From NCBI GenBank assembly GCA_903931945.1, contig CAIZEI010000061.1, forward strand, positions 2,994-66,993: a stretch of DNA of 64,000 bases. The letters are read 5' to 3'. Shown here in pieces: positions 61,361 to 64,000 of the stretch. How positions within the stretch are numbered: position 1 is the first letter of the stretch; each line of letters begins with the position of its first letter. The stretch is from an uncultured Hyphomicrobiales bacterium. Its GTDB lineage: Bacteria > Pseudomonadota > Alphaproteobacteria > Rhizobiales > Beijerinckiaceae. The notes beneath the pieces are model-generated. The model ran no database searches. It was not told the DNA's origin and saw only the letters and a program-made list of their open reading frames with translations. The position numbers were made by a program, and so were the translations under genes.

Positions 61361-62175
61361 GCGCTGTCGCGACCTTGCCGCCGCCCGATGACAATGGCGA
61401 AGCCGAGATTGAGGCGTCCAAGGCGCCGTTGATGGACCACCTGATCGAGCTGCGCTCGCGGCTGATCAAGGCGGTGATTGCCTTTCTCGTGGCGTTTTTC
61501 ATCTGCTTCTATTTCGCCAGGGATATCTACAACATCCTGACCGAGCCGTTCGTTCATGTGGTCGGGGCTGAGAACGCCAAGCTGATCGCCACGCATTTTC
61601 TGGAGCAGTTCTTCACCAACATCAGGTTGAGCATGTTCGGCGCGGTGCTGCTCGCCTTCCCGATTATCGCCAGCCAGCTCTATATGTTTGTCGCGCCGGG
61701 CCTCTACAAGCACGAAAAGCGCGCCTTTCTGCCCTATCTCATTGCAACGCCATTGTTTTTTACGCTTGGCGGGCTGCTGGTCTATTTCGTCGTGATGCCG
61801 CTGCTGATCCGGTTTTCGGTCAGCATGCAGCAGTTGAACGTGGCGGGCGAGGCGACCATTGAACTGCTGCCGCGCGTCAGTGAATATCTCAGTCTTATCA
61901 TGACGTTGATCCTGGCTTTTGGCGTCGCGTTCCAGCTTCCGGTCATTCTCACCCTGCTGGGCCATGTCGGAATCATCAATTCCGCCTTTCTGGTGGAAAA
62001 GCGCAGATACGCCGTTGTTGTGATTACGATTGTCGCCGCTGTCCTGACCCCGCCCGATATCATCAGCATGATGTCGCTCGTCGCCCCGATGCTCGCCCTT
62101 TATGAAGGCGCCGTGATCGCCGTGAAGCTGATTGAGAAGAAGAGAAAACTATCAGAAGATTCTGAAAAGAAATAA
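61357..62175 (+). CDS. tatC: Tat translocase TatC
   Basis: PLMDHLIELRSRL, FVAPGLYKHEK, RRYAVV, LTPPD. Confidence 0.95.
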   Translation: MSAVATLPPPDDNGEAEIEASKAPLMDHLIELRSRLIKAVIAFLVAFFICFYFARDIYNILTEPFVHVVGAENAKLIATHFLEQFFTNIRLSMFGAVLLAFPIIASQLYMFVAPGLYKHEKRAFLPYLIATPLFFTLGGLLVYFVVMPLLIRFSVSMQQLNVAGEATIELLPRVSEYLSLIMTLILAFGVAFQLPVILTLLGHVGIINSAFLVEKRRYAVVVITIVAAVLTPPDIISMMSLVAPMLALYEGAVIAVKLIEKKRKLSEDSEKK

Positions 62176-62220
62176 AAATATTGAAATATCTAAACTGATT
62201 TCTGAAGCGTGGCGAAGCCT

Positions 62221-63111
62221 ATGTCCCCCAGCGAAATCCTCCAGGCCATTCTGGTCGCAGTGGTCTGGGGACTGGGGTTCATCGCGATCAAGCTGGGCGT
62301 CGGCGATATGCCGCCTCTGTTGTTTTCGGCCAGCCGGTTCGCGATGGCGGCTTTCCCGGCGGTCCTGTTTCTGAAACCGCCCGCAGCGCCGGCGCGGATC
62401 GTCATCGCCTATGGACTGGCGATCGGCGTGGCCCAATTCAGCCTGTTGTTCATCGCCATCGGGGAGGGCATGCCCGCCGGTCTCTCCTCGCTCCTGATGC
62501 AGACGCAGGTCATCTTCACCATGCTTTTTGCCTGGGCCGCGATGGGCGAGCGTCCGAGCGGGGTTCAGGCCTGCGGGGTCGCCGTCGCCATGGCGGGACT
62601 TGCCGTCATCGCCAGCGAGAAACTGACTGGCGGCGTCGCCGGGCCGTTCCTGCTCGTCATTGCCGCCGCAGCGTCCTGGGCGGCGGGCAATATCATCGGA
62701 AAATCTGCCGGCAGGGTCGATATGCTCGCCTTCACAACCTGGTCGAGCCTGGCTGCGCCCTTGCCCCTGCTGGCGCTGTCGTTCTGGTTCGAGGGCGAGG
62801 CGGCGCGCTCGGCGATTGTCCATCCGGGTTGGCGGGCGCTGCTGTCGGCAGCCTTTCTGGGCTATGGCGCGACCCTGTTCGGCTATTCGCTTTGGGCGCA
62901 TCTGCTCAGCCGCCGACCGGCGGCAATCGTTGCGCCGTTTTCCCTGCTCGTTCCGGTCGTCGGGTTTCTGGCGGGCTGGATCGTGTTTGGCGAGCAAACC
63001 AGTATTGTTGAATTTCTGGGCGCCGGGCTCATCCTGCTGGGCATTGGCTGGAATGTGCTGGGCGGCCGGGCGATGGCGAAGTGGCGGCGGGGCGCCAACC
63101 CTCTTCCATAG
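62221..63111 (+). CDS. EamA/DMT-family exporter (O-acetylserine/cysteine exporter-like)
   Basis: [11 protein letters not shown]...[10 protein letters not shown]...[14 protein letters not shown]; duplicated EamA halves; [11 protein letters not shown]. Confidence 0.9.
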   Translation: MSPSEILQAILVAVVWGLGFIAIKLGVGDMPPLLFSASRFAMAAFPAVLFLKPPAAPARIVIAYGLAIGVAQFSLLFIAIGEGMPAGLSSLLMQTQVIFTMLFAWAAMGERPSGVQACGVAVAMAGLAVIASEKLTGGVAGPFLLVIAAAASWAAGNIIGKSAGRVDMLAFTTWSSLAAPLPLLALSFWFEGEAARSAIVHPGWRALLSAAFLGYGATLFGYSLWAHLLSRRPAAIVAPFSLLVPVVGFLAGWIVFGEQTSIVEFLGAGLILLGIGWNVLGGRAMAKWRRGANPLP

Positions 63112-63267
63112 GGAGAGGGTGGTTGCGGAGCAACCGGGTGAGGGGTTACACACGCCGCAATTGAATTGCGTCGTCAGGGTCAATGGCTTGGTCCTGGTGC
63201 TGCAATTGTTGAGTTTCCAACCCCTCACCCGGCCCCTTCGGGGCCACCCTCTCCCTATGGGAGAGGG
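63099..63267. repeat. Bipartite inverted-repeat element, copy E (best preserved)
   Basis: CCCTCTTCCATAGGGAGAGGGTGGTTGCGGAGCAACCGGGTGAGGGG ... CCCCTCACCCGGCCCCTTCGGGGCCACCCTCTCCCTATGGGAGAGGG. Confidence 0.9.
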
Positions 63268-63289
63268 TTCGTTCGCGGACCCCCTCAAC

Positions 63290-64000
63290 ATGCTCGACAT
63301 CAAATGGATACGCGATAACGCCGAGACCCTTCGCGAGGCGCTGAAATCTCGCAATGTCGAGGGCATCGCCGCGCAAGAGACCGTCGCAAAACTCTTTGCG
63401 CTTGACGATCGCCGCCGCGAGATCATCGGCCTGACCCAGCGCGGGCAGGAGGAGCGCAACCGCCTGTCGAAGGAAATCGGTCAGGCGATGGGCAAGAAGG
63501 ACCTTGCCCTTGCCGAGGCGCTGAAGGCGCGTGTCGCGCAATTGAAGGACGATATGGAAGGCGCGGCGGGCGCCGAGAAGGAGGCGATCAAGGCGCTCGA
63601 CGAGGCTTTGGCCTGGATTCCCAACATTCCGCTGGCCGATGTGCCGGTGGGCGCCGACGAGCACGCCAATGTGGTGGCGCGGGTGGTCGGCGACGCGCCT
63701 GTCTTTGCCGAAGGTTTCCAACCCAAGGAACATTTCGACATCGGCGAGAAATTGGGGCTGATGGATTTTGACGCCGCCGCCAAAATGTCCGGCGCGCGGT
63801 TTGTTGTGCTGAAGGGCGCGCTGGCGCGGCTGGAGCGCGCGCTCGGGCAATTCATGCTCGATCTGCATACGGACAGCCATGGCTATACCGAGGTCAATCC
63901 ACCCTTGCTGGTGAAGGACGAGGCCATGTTCGGCACGGCGCAATTGCCGAAGTTTCGCGAGGATCAGTTTGCTGCCCTCAAAAAAATTGAAATTGATGAA
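63290..64000 (+). CDS. serS: Serine-tRNA ligase, N-terminal part (runs off right edge)
   Basis: Manual translation: [10 protein letters not shown]...RNRLSKEIG...IPNIP...GARFVVLKG...GTAQLPKF. Confidence 0.95.
   Translation, partial: MLDIKWIRDNAETLREALKSRNVEGIAAQETVAKLFALDDRRREIIGLTQRGQEERNRLSKEIGQAMGKKDLALAEALKARVAQLKDDMEGAAGAEKEAIKALDEALAWIPNIPLADVPVGADEHANVVARVVGDAPVFAEGFQPKEHFDIGEKLGLMDFDAAAKMSGARFVVLKGALARLERALGQFMLDLHTDSHGYTEVNPPLLVKDEAMFGTAQLPKFREDQFAALKKIEIDE

Noticed and set aside
1-64000. CRISPR array, rRNA/tRNA genes, integrase or transposase
   Set aside because: No regularly spaced direct repeats with unique spacers (the repeats are dispersed inverted elements), no RNA-gene signatures and no recombinase motifs among the supported ORFs.

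Overview
High-GC alphaproteobacterial chromosome segment. Gene content and order suggest Hyphomicrobiales/Rhizobiales, possibly Beijerinckiaceae-like (inference). Left to right: partial asmA-like gene, RND efflux pair, DUF423, a Wzy-type polysaccharide locus resembling the Rhizobiales unipolar-polysaccharide (upp) cluster with an extra secreted beta-propeller-like gene, a same-strand hydroxycinnamate catabolic/uptake run (ABC ATPase, two Bug/TctC proteins, hydroxycinnamoyl-CoA hydratase-lyase, Fe3+-type ABC SBP and permease, ADP-forming acyl-CoA ligase), a RloA/RloB-like ATPase + TOPRIM cassette, then largely core genes: M23 peptidase, bcp, DUF3971, tyrS, anmK, pirin, moeA, transglutaminase, suhB/MmgR-type sRNA, PEP-CTERM-like surface protein, DUF2155, aat, DsbA, M48, aminotransferase, orphan flippase, YddA/BacA-like ABC, erpA-dgt-argS-SPOR-nagZ-scpAB-tatABC-(eamA)-serS. 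Most notable: four copies of a 145-195 bp bipartite inverted-repeat element, two read in frame into secreted-protein N-termini and one supplying a stop codon; the RloAB cassette; and the unknown secreted protein embedded in the upp-like operon. No rRNA, tRNA, CRISPR array, integrase or transposase seen. All calls come from reading the sequence; no database searches were run.
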